Shown: in pieces, positions 25,252 through 35,455 of the stretch
Layout: each line of letters begins with the position of its first letter
How positions within the stretch are numbered: the first letter of the stretch is position 1
IMG/VR virus record: IMGVR_UViG_3300042988_000114
Coordinates: 1-62,034 of that record
Length of the DNA: 62,034 bases
Direction: 5' to 3' (one strand)
Origin: a virus
Lineage: Duplodnaviria; Caudoviricetes
Made by a program: the position numbers and the translations under genes
Notes under the pieces: generated by a model
Database searches by the model: none
What the model was told of the DNA's origin: nothing
The model's input: the letters and a program-made list of their open reading frames with translations, nothing else

Positions 25252-26001
25252 TTAGGTCAAGTTCTCTTTTAGAAATTTTTTAACTCTCTCTTTTGACCTG
25301 TTAGCAGCATCGCCGTTGGGTTCATATCGGCAGGTTGCCCCAAAGTAACAACGGGCCGCGCCAGTGAGATGACCATCGAACATGTGATGTGCATTTTGGT
25401 AAAAGTAAAACTCTACTTTACTAAAGTTTTTTGATTGGGCCAAATCCTGGCACTGCGAAACAGGGGCCCACTCATCTGCTGTTCCAATATGCACTTGTAT
25501 TGGCACAGGCACCGGAGCATTATCTTTAATAAAAATACAATTAGGATAGTAGGATATCGCTCCATTGAATACCGGGCGATCATTTACTGTGTTTGCTAGC
25601 AGTGCCGTTAGCCCACCCACCGAAAACCCAATAACTACTATTTTTCCATTGCTCCACTGTTGTTGTTTTACCCAGGTCCCGGCACTTTGAACGTCTGATA
25701 CAGCATCAAACGAATATCGTGCGGTTTTGTTGGTCCCGCATATTGATGAATACCCACGAGAAGAAAAAGAATCTACAATAATTGTATTGTATCCTAGATC
25801 TGCGATGTAGGATGCCCAGTTGCGATAGTGTTGCCCTTGCGGACCATCGCACCCATTTAGAACTAGCACGGTGCCACGCTTTACATCTTCGTTGACATTT
25901 AGTGTTAGATGCGCCGTGTGACCGTTATTTGGCACTGGTACTGATACTGTAGAGCAGCCAGCAAGTAATGCACTTAACAGTAACCCAAAAAGTTTTGTCA
26001 T
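25252..26001 (-). CDS. Dienelactone hydrolase-like alpha/beta hydrolase lipoprotein
   Basis: Lipobox LLAGC, GFSVG, GTADEW, HMFD. Confidence 0.8.
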   Translation of the reverse strand: MTKLFGLLLSALLAGCSTVSVPVPNNGHTAHLTLNVNEDVKRGTVLVLNGCDGPQGQHYRNWASYIADLGYNTIIVDSFSSRGYSSICGTNKTARYSFDAVSDVQSAGTWVKQQQWSNGKIVVIGFSVGGLTALLANTVNDRPVFNGAISYYPNCIFIKDNAPVPVPIQVHIGTADEWAPVSQCQDLAQSKNFSKVEFYFYQNAHHMFDGHLTGAARCYFGATCRYEPNGDAANRSKERVKKFLKENLT

Positions 26002-26041
26002 ACTCTACTGTAGCACAACTTTGATTTTTACTGTTGTATGA

Positions 26042-26791
26042 TCACAACACTCTATGGAAATCTTTGTCAAGCCACAGTGTAACTAAATCTGTTTGCTTTA
26101 CATAATTGTGTACGTTTAGGCTTTCTTTTGCACGATCGCTAATAACATTAAGTTCCGCTAGCGTATGCCACGTTGTTGTTTTAGGGTCCAGTGGTTCACT
26201 TGCTTTGTAGACTGCTGCATATATCCACGGCTCATTTTGCGGCCTATAAAAATATGCATCTCTGCAATCAAACCCATTTGCACCTAACATGTACATGAGA
26301 TTCACAATGTCGTAATTATGATATGCCCCATTATGGCTGTTGACTTGTATTTTGTTGTACTGATAGAATGTAGATACCGGAATACTTAATACCAACATAC
26401 CATTGAGGTTCATTTGTTGATTCCAATACTTGAGTGTTTGCATTGGATTTACAGCATACTGAAAACTATCGTGACTCCACAGCAAATCGCATTTACGTGG
26501 AATTACAATGTCGTCTTCAAAGTCTTTTTGAAATAGATGCACGTTTGGTAGTGCAGCAACATCAGCGTCAACTTGTGCTATGTTTGTATCAACTCCATAG
26601 ACAAGATAGTTACGTGGTTCAGGAGGATCTTCTCTTGAAGCAAGTGTTGCCCACCACTTTACATCTAGGCCAGAGCCGCACCCAAAGTCTGCTACAACGT
26701 TTATACTGTCAAGAAAACTATCATACTCGTATAGTAGGTTTAAAACGTTTTGACTATGGGCGTGACTATCATGTGGATTCTTAAACGCCAT
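26042..26791 (-). CDS. Class I SAM-dependent methyltransferase
   Basis: VADFGCGSG, DLLWSHDSFQY. Confidence 0.8.
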   Translation of the reverse strand: MAFKNPHDSHAHSQNVLNLLYEYDSFLDSINVVADFGCGSGLDVKWWATLASREDPPEPRNYLVYGVDTNIAQVDADVAALPNVHLFQKDFEDDIVIPRKCDLLWSHDSFQYAVNPMQTLKYWNQQMNLNGMLVLSIPVSTFYQYNKIQVNSHNGAYHNYDIVNLMYMLGANGFDCRDAYFYRPQNEPWIYAAVYKASEPLDPKTTTWHTLAELNVISDRAKESLNVHNYVKQTDLVTLWLDKDFHRVL

Positions 26792-27029
26792 GTTTTAATA
26801 CTTCGAATATAAGTTTTTCTTGTAGTCTGTTTAGCTTAGGGGCGAGTATTTTGCAAGTTTCTGCAATCTCTTCTTCTGTGCCCCATGCAATTAGATTGTT
26901 TAGCTTCCCTGCTATTATTTCACACTGGTCTTTTTCCAGTCTAAAATCTACTGCATTGTGTTTTGGGCGGGCCCGCATACACAAATAAAATTCGTTTAAT
27001 AAATCTATTGCGTGTGCTCTAATGTCCAT
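26781..27029 (-). CDS. Hypothetical protein
   Basis: Start MDIRAHA coupled to the uvsY stop. Confidence 0.55.
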   Translation of the reverse strand: MDIRAHAIDLLNEFYLCMRARPKHNAVDFRLEKDQCEIIAGKLNNLIAWGTEEEIAETCKILAPKLNRLQEKLIFEVLKHGV

Positions 27030-27487
27030 TATTGACTGATGACAATATCTTCCATGCCCGCGGTTCTTAATCGCACAACATGGCCCATCATGAAGTTTTT
27101 GCTTTCTAGGCCTTTCATGACGCCTAGCCATTTATTTCTGAGTAATGCTACTTCGTTAATAATGGTTTCAAAATCAACTACTTCATCTTCGCCATCTACG
27201 TACTTTTCAGCATCTCTTGAAGTTAGTGCCCTTTGATACGCTTCAAGATACTTTTGAAAGTGTTTGCGTCGAATCTTGCGTAGTTGTATATTGAGGTAGT
27301 TTAGCACTGCCTCAATCTCTTGTAGTTGATTGAAGCGATGCTCAGTAATACCCGGAAGATTACTAGCAGCACGTTCTACATTACCGCGAATGTTTATTTC
27401 TCCCTTTGCGGTGAGAAGCTCACGTTCGTAATAATCGATGAACCCAGGAATCTCGCCCAGGTTAGCCACTATCTTGTTATACCACAT
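27029..27487 (-). CDS. uvsY: UvsY-like recombination mediator
   Basis: Helical, EKYVDGE and C-terminal RTAG; close to uvsX. Confidence 0.72.
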   Translation of the reverse strand: MWYNKIVANLGEIPGFIDYYERELLTAKGEINIRGNVERAASNLPGITEHRFNQLQEIEAVLNYLNIQLRKIRRKHFQKYLEAYQRALTSRDAEKYVDGEDEVVDFETIINEVALLRNKWLGVMKGLESKNFMMGHVVRLRTAGMEDIVISQ

Positions 27488-27489
27488 GC

Positions 27490-27720
27490 TTAGTTTTCGT
27501 AGTCAGTGTAATCTTCGTCTTCGTCGTACTCACTTGAGTACTCTTTGAATGCTCTGCTTAATGCAGCATCCGTGCTTGCAAATTCTTTAAGGTCTAGATC
27601 GTTTAAAACGTCGACCATAATACTCATCAAGTTGTCAGCAACCTCTTGCCTGTCCTTTTGTGAGATGTACTGTTTCATGGTAGTGTACACTTCACTTAGT
27701 ACTTCAACTTCAATACTCAT
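27490..27720 (-). CDS. Acidic hypothetical protein
   Basis: 76-aa ORF in operon order. Confidence 0.7.
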   Translation of the reverse strand: MSIEVEVLSEVYTTMKQYISQKDRQEVADNLMSIMVDVLNDLDLKEFASTDAALSRAFKEYSSEYDEDEDYTDYEN

Positions 27721-28648
27721 TTGATTTCCTTAACCTTGTTAATTGAACTATTTTTCGTTCCATCTTTAGCCCGGCGCATGCAAATACACATAACGGCCTT
27801 GGCTGGGTATTTATTTCGTTTGCAATGTCTAGTTGTTCAGTTTCTTGTATAGTATCAAACCCAATTGGCTCAAATCTATCATCAAACGGATCAAAATGAC
27901 AGCACAACGTATACTTGCCACTTGCTGTAATATATAGTCCTGGCGCCTCTAGGTGGGCACAATTCTTTGTTGTTAGTTTTCGTTCAGGCGTTACTCTAAA
28001 GTTAAAGGTACTATCTTTACTCCAGGGCTCTAACATATATTGCTCGCCTGTTTGATAATTGTACGCTGTTTCAACGTTACGCACACCCTCGATTAGTTCA
28101 AAATCATCGAATCCCAATTCTTTAGCCATTTTAATGCAGGCATTGAGTTGATGTTCGTTATGCTTAAAGGGGATAAACTGCCAAACTGCGTGACCACCAG
28201 CTTGAATAAAGGCTGTGGCGTTTGCAATTATTTTGTTAAAGTCTGTGCCTTGGCGGTATATCTCATGCACACCTGCTAGCCCGTCGATACCAAACCACAC
28301 TTTGTGATTTACGTTTGCTAACTTTTGTCCCATCTCGGTCCACCATTCAGTGTTACGTAAACTACCGTTAGTGTGTATCTGGATGTACTGAACTTTAGGT
28401 GCTACCCACTCTAATATTTCATTTAGTTCAGGATGAATTGCAGGATCGCCGTAGCGACCACAGAACTGAATGTCACGTAAGTTTGGCAACGCTTCAACTG
28501 CTGCCTTTAACTTGTTTACATCTAGATTCTGTGGTACTAGGTTATCTTTGAGACCGTAACCGTTTTTGTTCCGAGCACAGCTAGGACACCAAGCATTACA
28601 TTTTGAGCTTAACTCAACGTGTAAGCTCTTGATGTCCTTTAACAGCAT
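27710..28648 (-). CDS. Radical SAM protein
   Basis: CNAWCPSC, GDP, HTNGS, FGIDGL. Confidence 0.88.
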   Translation of the reverse strand: MLLKDIKSLHVELSSKCNAWCPSCARNKNGYGLKDNLVPQNLDVNKLKAAVEALPNLRDIQFCGRYGDPAIHPELNEILEWVAPKVQYIQIHTNGSLRNTEWWTEMGQKLANVNHKVWFGIDGLAGVHEIYRQGTDFNKIIANATAFIQAGGHAVWQFIPFKHNEHQLNACIKMAKELGFDDFELIEGVRNVETAYNYQTGEQYMLEPWSKDSTFNFRVTPERKLTTKNCAHLEAPGLYITASGKYTLCCHFDPFDDRFEPIGFDTIQETEQLDIANEINTQPRPLCVFACAGLKMERKIVQLTRLRKSNEY

Positions 28649-29736
28649 TACTCAGCGGCTACAGAATCTTCTTCAGGTGCATCTTCAGCAGATGACTTTT
28701 TATCGAAGATATGTGGATTAGCAGTAATGTCTTTCATCACTGTGTCTAAACAACCGTCATCATTACGTTCCCATGCTTTGCGGAACTTCTTGATAATCTC
28801 GCCTTCGGTTGTTGTGTAAACAAGACTATTGCCTTCTTTCTTCAACAGCTCTTTGGCTTCAATCAAATCAGTTAGGCCCGAGTATGGGTTCATACCTGTT
28901 TCGTATGGAATCTTAACTTGAACTGATTCAAAAGGTTTAGCATAACGTGTTTTCATGATCTTACATGCAGCACGAATACCTTTTACTTCTGAAATCTTGT
29001 TACCGTCTTCATCTTCTTTCAGCTTGAGCTTACGCATAGCAACTACAATAGAGCTAGCGTAGATAAAGCCTTGACCACCAGAGATCTTGTCATCGGGGTC
29101 AAACATGTCTTGACTTGCGTAGGTGTGGTTAGTTGCCACTAAGCCAATGTTTAGATCGCCAAACATGTTTACACAGTTACGAACAAGTGCTGTAAGTGCT
29201 TTAGGCTTACGACCCAAGTCACCTTTCAAATCACCAGCAGTAAACTGGTTAACGTCTGTTGGAGTTAGCAACATGCCTAGCGAGTCAAGTACAAACAAGA
29301 CCTTTGGTCGTTGATCTTCTGGTAGTGTTTTGTATTCTTTAACGAACTCGCTAATCATTTTAGCAACGTCATCAATCATTGCCATGTTTAGCTTTAGTAG
29401 CTTGTCATCACTAGTATCTACGCCGAGGGCGTGGAGCCATGCTTCGTCAAGTGCGTTCTCAGTATCAATGAGAATAGGATAAATGCCCTGTTCCTGTGCA
29501 TTCTTGACCAAGTTACCCGAACATATGTAGGACTTACCAGCGCCTGACTCTCCAGCAAACACTGTAACCTTTCCCATCGGTATACCACGGTTAAAATCCC
29601 CGCTAATAAGGTAGTTAAGAGCGAAGTTGTTTGTCGAGATCCAGTCCGTTGGATCGTTAAATCCAATGCTGATCCCATCAATGCTTTTTGTAATGCTTTT
29701 ACGAAATTTACTTACGTCGAATGGTTTTGTTGCCAT
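28648..29736 (-). CDS. uvsX: UvsX/RecA-like recombinase
   Basis: Walker A GESGAGKS, LDSLG, NHTY, SGG. Confidence 0.92.
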   Translation of the reverse strand: MATKPFDVSKFRKSITKSIDGISIGFNDPTDWISTNNFALNYLISGDFNRGIPMGKVTVFAGESGAGKSYICSGNLVKNAQEQGIYPILIDTENALDEAWLHALGVDTSDDKLLKLNMAMIDDVAKMISEFVKEYKTLPEDQRPKVLFVLDSLGMLLTPTDVNQFTAGDLKGDLGRKPKALTALVRNCVNMFGDLNIGLVATNHTYASQDMFDPDDKISGGQGFIYASSIVVAMRKLKLKEDEDGNKISEVKGIRAACKIMKTRYAKPFESVQVKIPYETGMNPYSGLTDLIEAKELLKKEGNSLVYTTTEGEIIKKFRKAWERNDDGCLDTVMKDITANPHIFDKKSSAEDAPEEDSVAAE

Positions 29737-29828
29737 ATTTTGTTCCTTGAAATAGAAAAGCCAAGTACGGGGCCTGACGCAGTTTATCTATCTGCCGGCT
29801 TTTATCTTCGTACTTGGCTTAATGCAGA

Positions 29829-30833
29829 TTACTGCTTACGGTTGCGAATCATCGCTAGGATGTCTTCCGCACGTTGGCTGCTTGGCTTTGCTGCTGCCGG
29901 AGCAACAGGTTCATCTGCTGCTGGTGCATCGGCTTCCCAAGGCTCAGGTTCTGCTGCTGCTGGCGCTGCTGGTGCTGCCACTGCTGGACGAGCTTGTGCA
30001 ACAGGTTTAGCTGCTGCTTCGTCGCCAGTAGAACCAGTGCCTGCTTGCAAGCCTGCTGGCTTGAAGTAGTTGGCCCAACGATCTGCATCGTATGGTTGAC
30101 CATCAACAGATGCTTCGAACATCTCTTTGATAACCTTCAACGCAGTTTCATCTGGCTTCTTAGGCAAGAAGTCGCTCAAGTTGTACAGACCATGCTGTTC
30201 AATTGCTGCTGCTTCGTCTGCTGTAAGAGCAGATTCTTTACGGCTCCAGCTAGATGTGCTGTAATCAGCGTAACCACCTTTGCTAGTTTTCTTGACAGAG
30301 AAGTCAAGACCAGCTTGGTAGTCAGTTGGCATACTATCCATTTCAGGATCCAACAATGCATTACGCACCAAGTTGAAAATCTGTGGGCTGATGATGAATC
30401 GACGGATCGGGTTCTCTGGATTCTTGTCATCGTTTAGTGGATTGTCGCGAACGAAACCTTGGAACAAGTAGCTTTTCTTTTTCCAGTACTTGCGACCCAT
30501 TTCTTCCAAGTTAGGGTCCTTAAACCAAGTGCGAACTTCTGCAAGGATCGGGCAAGCGTCACCGTACATTTCAACGCAAGGTACTTGCACGATAACTGGT
30601 TTGCTATCTGCTTGACCTTTGATGCCAGCAAAAGGCAACTTGATCATAAGTCTTTCGACCCAGAAGAAGTCATTTTTTGTGTTTGCATCAGGAAGGAATC
30701 TTACGCGAGCTGTAGTGTTTTCTGGAATGTTCCAGTGAGCGTAAACGGCGCTGTCGCCTTGTGGTCGATTACCGCCAGTGCGGTTCTCTTGAGCTTGTAG
30801 TTTTGCACGAATTTCTGCTAATGTCATTGCCAT
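29829..30833 (-). CDS. gp32-like single-stranded DNA-binding protein
   Basis: VRFLP, CVEMYGDACP, KKSY, YADYSTS; next to uvsX. Confidence 0.88.
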   Translation of the reverse strand: MAMTLAEIRAKLQAQENRTGGNRPQGDSAVYAHWNIPENTTARVRFLPDANTKNDFFWVERLMIKLPFAGIKGQADSKPVIVQVPCVEMYGDACPILAEVRTWFKDPNLEEMGRKYWKKKSYLFQGFVRDNPLNDDKNPENPIRRFIISPQIFNLVRNALLDPEMDSMPTDYQAGLDFSVKKTSKGGYADYSTSSWSRKESALTADEAAAIEQHGLYNLSDFLPKKPDETALKVIKEMFEASVDGQPYDADRWANYFKPAGLQAGTGSTGDEAAAKPVAQARPAVAAPAAPAAAEPEPWEADAPAADEPVAPAAAKPSSQRAEDILAMIRNRKQ

Positions 30834-30936
30834 GATGTATTTCCTTTATTAATAATTTAAGATGGTCTTTATATGTGCCTAATCATATAACAGCACAGTG
30901 GCTAGTATATGATAAAGTATTTACCTAAGTCAAAAG

Positions 30937-30961
30937 AAAAGGCACAAATTTTTGTGCCTTT
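30937..30961. terminator. Hairpin terminator
   Basis: aaaaggcacaaa/tttgtgccttt. Confidence 0.65.
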
Positions 30962-30980
30962 GGTGAAACGTTTTTTGGCG

Positions 30981-32447
30981 TTATCTTACTAAGCCTGCTA
31001 GGCGTTTCATAAAGTCTAACGGATCCGTAGACTCAGCTACAGGCGGCTGCACTTGTTGGTCTGTGCCAGGTGCCGCCACTTGCTGTTGCGGCTGTTGGGT
31101 TGGTACCGGGCTTTGTGTTGCTGGTGTTGGTTGGGCAGGAGCTTGCGACTGAGCCAATTTTGCTTCAATGCGGCTAGCAACAATCTTCATACCATTTTGT
31201 TTCATCCAGCTCAGTACTAGTTGACGAGCATCAGCATCCGGTCCTTGCTCTTGCGAAAACTTTGTTAATTCTTGATCTAATTCGTCATCGTTAAACAAAC
31301 GAATTAGAGCATGTCTTGCATCCACCCCGTCTTGGCCTACACGCAATGCAGTTGCCATAATTTTTTCTAACTCGGCGTACTCTTGATCTTGTGTCTCAAA
31401 CGCATCTTCGGAGATTTCGTTTGCCCAGTTTTCAAAGTCTTCGCCCATCGGAGTATGAATACGTTCTTGACGATTCTTGTAGGCTTTGTACACATATGGC
31501 AACGCATCAGTGAAACGATCATCATAGATCTTCTTAACAAAGCGTTCACGTAGTGCATCAACATCCACTTCTTCTTCAATATCGTGCGATGGTACATATT
31601 CTTGTTTATATGTGCCGTATCCTCTGCGGCCACCTAAGTGCTTTAGCTTGTTCTTTAGTTCGCCGTAACGCTCAACTGCACTCTTTGCCATTTCGTCTGT
31701 TTCGGCGTCTTCGAATTGGCGGCGTTTAGCTTCACGAACAAAGTGAGCCATGGCTCCCATCTCTTTGCCCATTTCCATAATACCACAGCCCAACTCATCA
31801 TCAACTGTGCCACCTTCGCTAACGTGGCGTGCCATTGCACGGGCAACGTGTAGGTTTTTAGTGTCTAGTAAGCGGCGTTCGCCTACATGGTTTTCAATAA
31901 ACACGGATTCAATCTTGCGGCTACGATCGCCACGTTTCTCATCACTTACATTGTCACTGTGACGTACAATAATACGTGCAGGGCCCATTTCTTGATAGCT
32001 GCTGCGAGTTGTGCCCCACATACGGCTTTCAGTAACGGCTGCGGTAACATCAGTGTCAACAAACGTACCATCTGCTTTACTTTGTTGCTTGATATCGCGA
32101 ATGTCCAAATTGCTCTTGTTAATATCACGTACATCAAACTTCATAAGGTTGCCACGGGCAAACTTACGGATGTTCTTTAAGAATTCAAACCATTGTTCTT
32201 GTTGAGCATCATCAAGTTGGTCTGTGATGTTCTTGCTAAAGTAAACTTTAAGACCATCATCGTCAACAATACTCATAGTAACGTTGCCGTAGTTTTTACC
32301 ATTTGAATCAATGTAATCAAAGTTGAAAAAACGGGCCTTAGATGGATCGTTTGTACGTTTGGCGTTTTCGTCGCCTAAGTTCACGTTCTCAAAACGAGTA
32401 CGGATCTTGTCAAATAAATTTTCTGCAATTTTGTCTAATTCACGCAT
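30981..32447 (-). CDS. Hypothetical protein, probably virion-associated
   Basis: 488 aa, downstream of the terminase, C-terminal RLAGL motif shared with neighbouring head-region proteins. Confidence 0.7.
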   Translation of the reverse strand: MRELDKIAENLFDKIRTRFENVNLGDENAKRTNDPSKARFFNFDYIDSNGKNYGNVTMSIVDDDGLKVYFSKNITDQLDDAQQEQWFEFLKNIRKFARGNLMKFDVRDINKSNLDIRDIKQQSKADGTFVDTDVTAAVTESRMWGTTRSSYQEMGPARIIVRHSDNVSDEKRGDRSRKIESVFIENHVGERRLLDTKNLHVARAMARHVSEGGTVDDELGCGIMEMGKEMGAMAHFVREAKRRQFEDAETDEMAKSAVERYGELKNKLKHLGGRRGYGTYKQEYVPSHDIEEEVDVDALRERFVKKIYDDRFTDALPYVYKAYKNRQERIHTPMGEDFENWANEISEDAFETQDQEYAELEKIMATALRVGQDGVDARHALIRLFNDDELDQELTKFSQEQGPDADARQLVLSWMKQNGMKIVASRIEAKLAQSQAPAQPTPATQSPVPTQQPQQQVAAPGTDQQVQPPVAESTDPLDFMKRLAGLVR

Positions 32448-32472
32448 GGGTTAAACCTGTCTATTTGTATAT

Positions 32473-34044
32473 TTAGCTGAAGCTAGCCAGGAACGGCATA
32501 GGTTGTACATAATCCTCTGCTTTGTCCTTCATAGTTTCGTCTAAGTTGCTATCATAGCTTTGTAGTGCTTGAATAATACGTACAGCCAACATCAAGCTCA
32601 TAACCAAATCGTCTGTTTCGCCCATTTTAGCTTCAAAGCTGCTGCCCGCTGCTACAAAGGTCTTAAGCTCAGATATTAGGTTTTTACTTGCAATGGTTAG
32701 CTTTTTGGATTCAATTAACGCCTTAACTTTTGCACACACTGCTAGCTTGGTTTTGTTGGTTGTAGTAAACCCTTTGCGATACGAACGTCCTTTACCCATT
32801 GTGCGTGGTTCACTAATAAACACACCCTTGATGTTTTCTTCGCCCATTTCGCTGATACTAATTAGTGCCGCTTCACCTAAGGTGTTGTTTTCAACACTGT
32901 AGTAAATTTCGGTTTCAGTTCCAATTTGGTCGTATATATGTTGTGTAATTTCTTTAAGAATAACAATCTGCCGCTGGATTGGTGTTTTGTTATGCTGCCA
33001 TTCGCCCACTTGCATTAAGCTAGGAACTTCAATAACTTGTATTGCAGCAGGGTCGCCACCTGTTCCCAAGCTAGGGTCTAGTGCAACTACGTAAGTGTTA
33101 CCCTTGGTTGGACGTTTATACCAACGCACCTGCCCTTGGCGCTCAATTGGGTCAACGCCTGCCATTTCAATTAAGGTAGCAGCATTAATAAGAGTTTCGT
33201 CATAAATCAAGAACTCGCAACCGTGTTCACGACGGAAACGTTCTTCACCGATGCGTCCAATTTCATCTGCTTTCCATGCTTCGTCCCGGTCCGGATGTTC
33301 CCACCAGTTAGCTTGGTAAGCACGGAAACCGTTTTGTCCAAGTGCTGTTTCGTTACCAAACTCATCAATGCACTTGTTGGCACCTTTCCAAATCAACGCA
33401 AATTGGTCTTCGTCACTGTTTGGTGTTGATGTAATAATCGCTTTACCACCAGTAGATAGTGTAGGCGAAATGGAAGTCCAGAATTCTGTAGCAATAGTAG
33501 GTCTAACGAATGCAAACTCGTCACAATATAGTAGCGAAATAGACATACCACGACCAGTTGTTTCAGTTGTGGTTTGCGAAACAATACGTGACCCGTTTTC
33601 AAATTCTAAGCTACCTTTGTTGTAGCTGGTACAACCTGCTCTAATATGATCGGGGCATAGTTCGTATGCATAACGGATACGCTGCATAATTTCCTGGGCA
33701 CCAGTGTACTTGTGTGCAGCAATAAGAATTGTGCTGTCCGGAACAAACATAGCGTACCAAAGTAAGTACCCTGCTGCACTTGTAGATTTACCCGTTTGAC
33801 GTGGCATCAAGCTAATTGAGAAACGATAGTTGTGATACGAGTCAATTAGTTTCTTTTGGTAATCAAACGGGTGATACAACATCTTACCTTTTGTGGGATG
33901 TTGAATGTAGAAGTAGTTGTCCATGAAATACTCTGGACCAGTAATCGGATCTGCACATCTTGCAAACTCAATGATTTGCTTTTCGGTGTAGCTGTCTTTT
34001 TTATGCGGCGTCTTTACGATCGTCGTTTCTAATGGTTTACTCAT
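32473..34044 (-). CDS. terL: Terminase large subunit (gp17-like)
   Basis: PRQTGKS, YCDEFAF, STPN, DPSLG, DDLVM. Confidence 0.95.
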   Translation of the reverse strand: MSKPLETTIVKTPHKKDSYTEKQIIEFARCADPITGPEYFMDNYFYIQHPTKGKMLYHPFDYQKKLIDSYHNYRFSISLMPRQTGKSTSAAGYLLWYAMFVPDSTILIAAHKYTGAQEIMQRIRYAYELCPDHIRAGCTSYNKGSLEFENGSRIVSQTTTETTGRGMSISLLYCDEFAFVRPTIATEFWTSISPTLSTGGKAIITSTPNSDEDQFALIWKGANKCIDEFGNETALGQNGFRAYQANWWEHPDRDEAWKADEIGRIGEERFRREHGCEFLIYDETLINAATLIEMAGVDPIERQGQVRWYKRPTKGNTYVVALDPSLGTGGDPAAIQVIEVPSLMQVGEWQHNKTPIQRQIVILKEITQHIYDQIGTETEIYYSVENNTLGEAALISISEMGEENIKGVFISEPRTMGKGRSYRKGFTTTNKTKLAVCAKVKALIESKKLTIASKNLISELKTFVAAGSSFEAKMGETDDLVMSLMLAVRIIQALQSYDSNLDETMKDKAEDYVQPMPFLASFS

Positions 34045-34161
34045 ACATGTATTTACATAATATGTGCCGTTTATGTTAATTTGATTGACAAAAAAGGGCA
34101 TTTCTGCTAAACTGAACAGGTTAAATACATTGGGTCTTTAACTTTTCGAAATGAGAACAAT

Positions 34162-34695
34162 ATGGCAGATACATTACTACTTAATGCAGACCACCAACCA
34201 ATTAGCATTCTACCGCTAAGTGTTATCGGGTGGCAGCATGCTTTAAAATTGTACTTCTTGGATCGTATTACGGTTCTAGAATCCTACGAAGACCGCGTTA
34301 TTCGCAGCGAACATATGAGTATCAATGTTCCAGCGGTTGCGGTTACAAAGGAATATTACAATTTTAAAAAGGGTGTGAAGTTCAGTCGCCATAACTTGTA
34401 TTTGCGTGACCTATATCAGTGCCAATACTGCGGCGACACCTTTCACACTAGCGAACTAACTATTGACCACGTAATTCCACGTGCAATGGGCGGCGGAACA
34501 AGCTGGGAAAACTGTGTAACAAGCTGCAAGGCATGTAACAGCAAAAAGGGCCATAAGTTGCAGAAACCTCTGCGTATGCCTTTTATCCCAAGCTACCACA
34601 GCCTAATTAAAACCTGGAAGGATCGTCCATTCCACGTAGGCCACGAAAGCTGGTTGCGTTATTTGGGTGTTGACCGTAAAGTAGTCAACGGTTAA
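34162..34695 (+). CDS. HNH endonuclease
   Basis: RDLYQCQYC, TIDHVIP, NCVTSCKACN. Confidence 0.9.
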   Translation: MADTLLLNADHQPISILPLSVIGWQHALKLYFLDRITVLESYEDRVIRSEHMSINVPAVAVTKEYYNFKKGVKFSRHNLYLRDLYQCQYCGDTFHTSELTIDHVIPRAMGGGTSWENCVTSCKACNSKKGHKLQKPLRMPFIPSYHSLIKTWKDRPFHVGHESWLRYLGVDRKVVNG

Positions 34696-35075
34696 TTACT
34701 ACTAGGTTTAGAGAAAAGCGTATTGCCAGTGGGTGCAGTTTTGCCCACTGGCTTTTCGCCTGTTAGGTACGGTCTAGAGAACCACAACTGGAACCATTCT
34801 GGGCTACCAGGCTTGATGTGATGTTCGTGCTCTAACTGTTTCTTTTCCATCGCTGTGTCGCTAATGTTGCTGCCCACAGGACTCATTTTTCCACTAGGAT
34901 TGTGGTTGCCAGCATGTGCAGCTTTATCACGAGTTTCTGTGATTCCTGCCAATTCCTGCATACGTGCCAAGTCGTGCATACCAACTGCGGCAGGATCATG
35001 TAACACTGCATCAGGAATTAATGACTCTTCTGCAGATGGTACATAATCAGCTGACGTAATTCGGTACTGTTTCAT
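34692..35075 (-). CDS. Hypothetical protein
   Basis: ELAGI and IKPGSPEWFQLWF motifs. Confidence 0.7.
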   Translation of the reverse strand: MKQYRITSADYVPSAEESLIPDAVLHDPAAVGMHDLARMQELAGITETRDKAAHAGNHNPSGKMSPVGSNISDTAMEKKQLEHEHHIKPGSPEWFQLWFSRPYLTGEKPVGKTAPTGNTLFSKPSSN

Positions 35076-35455
35076 TAAACGCCGTACTTGTTTTTCTTTA
35101 CTTTCGGTACAGCACTTAATTTATTAGTATCAGATAATTCCATACTGTTAAGGTTGCCACCGTTTAAGTCGTCCACGTTAGCCCCGGCAATTTTATATGC
35201 TTGAGCCAACATGTCTGCTTCTTCCTGTGTATATGGATGAGCAGTGTGTTTTTTTCCATAAAAGGACTTTGGATCCATGTCCACTAATGGAGTTTTACCG
35301 TCGCAGCTAGCAAGAGCTAACCCTAGTCTATAATGCGTATAGTCAGTGTTGTTATGCTCTTTGTCGCTAAACGTATGAATACCAGTGCTGGCTTCTTTAT
35401 ACCCTTTTGGTATTTTGCCAGCCCTGGCTTCAACGATAATTTCGTTTATTTTCAT
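35075..35455 (-). CDS. Hypothetical protein, possibly head-internal
   Basis: N-terminus MKINEIIVE. Confidence 0.7.
   Translation of the reverse strand: MKINEIIVEARAGKIPKGYKEASTGIHTFSDKEHNNTDYTHYRLGLALASCDGKTPLVDMDPKSFYGKKHTAHPYTQEEADMLAQAYKIAGANVDDLNGGNLNSMELSDTNKLSAVPKVKKNKYGV

Noticed and set aside
29740-30800. Overlapping ORFs in the SSB gene
   Set aside because: Shadow frames caused by codon bias and the Ala/Pro-rich tail.
34162-34695. Mobile intron or intein associated with the HNH gene
   Set aside because: Free-standing gene; the terminase is uninterrupted.
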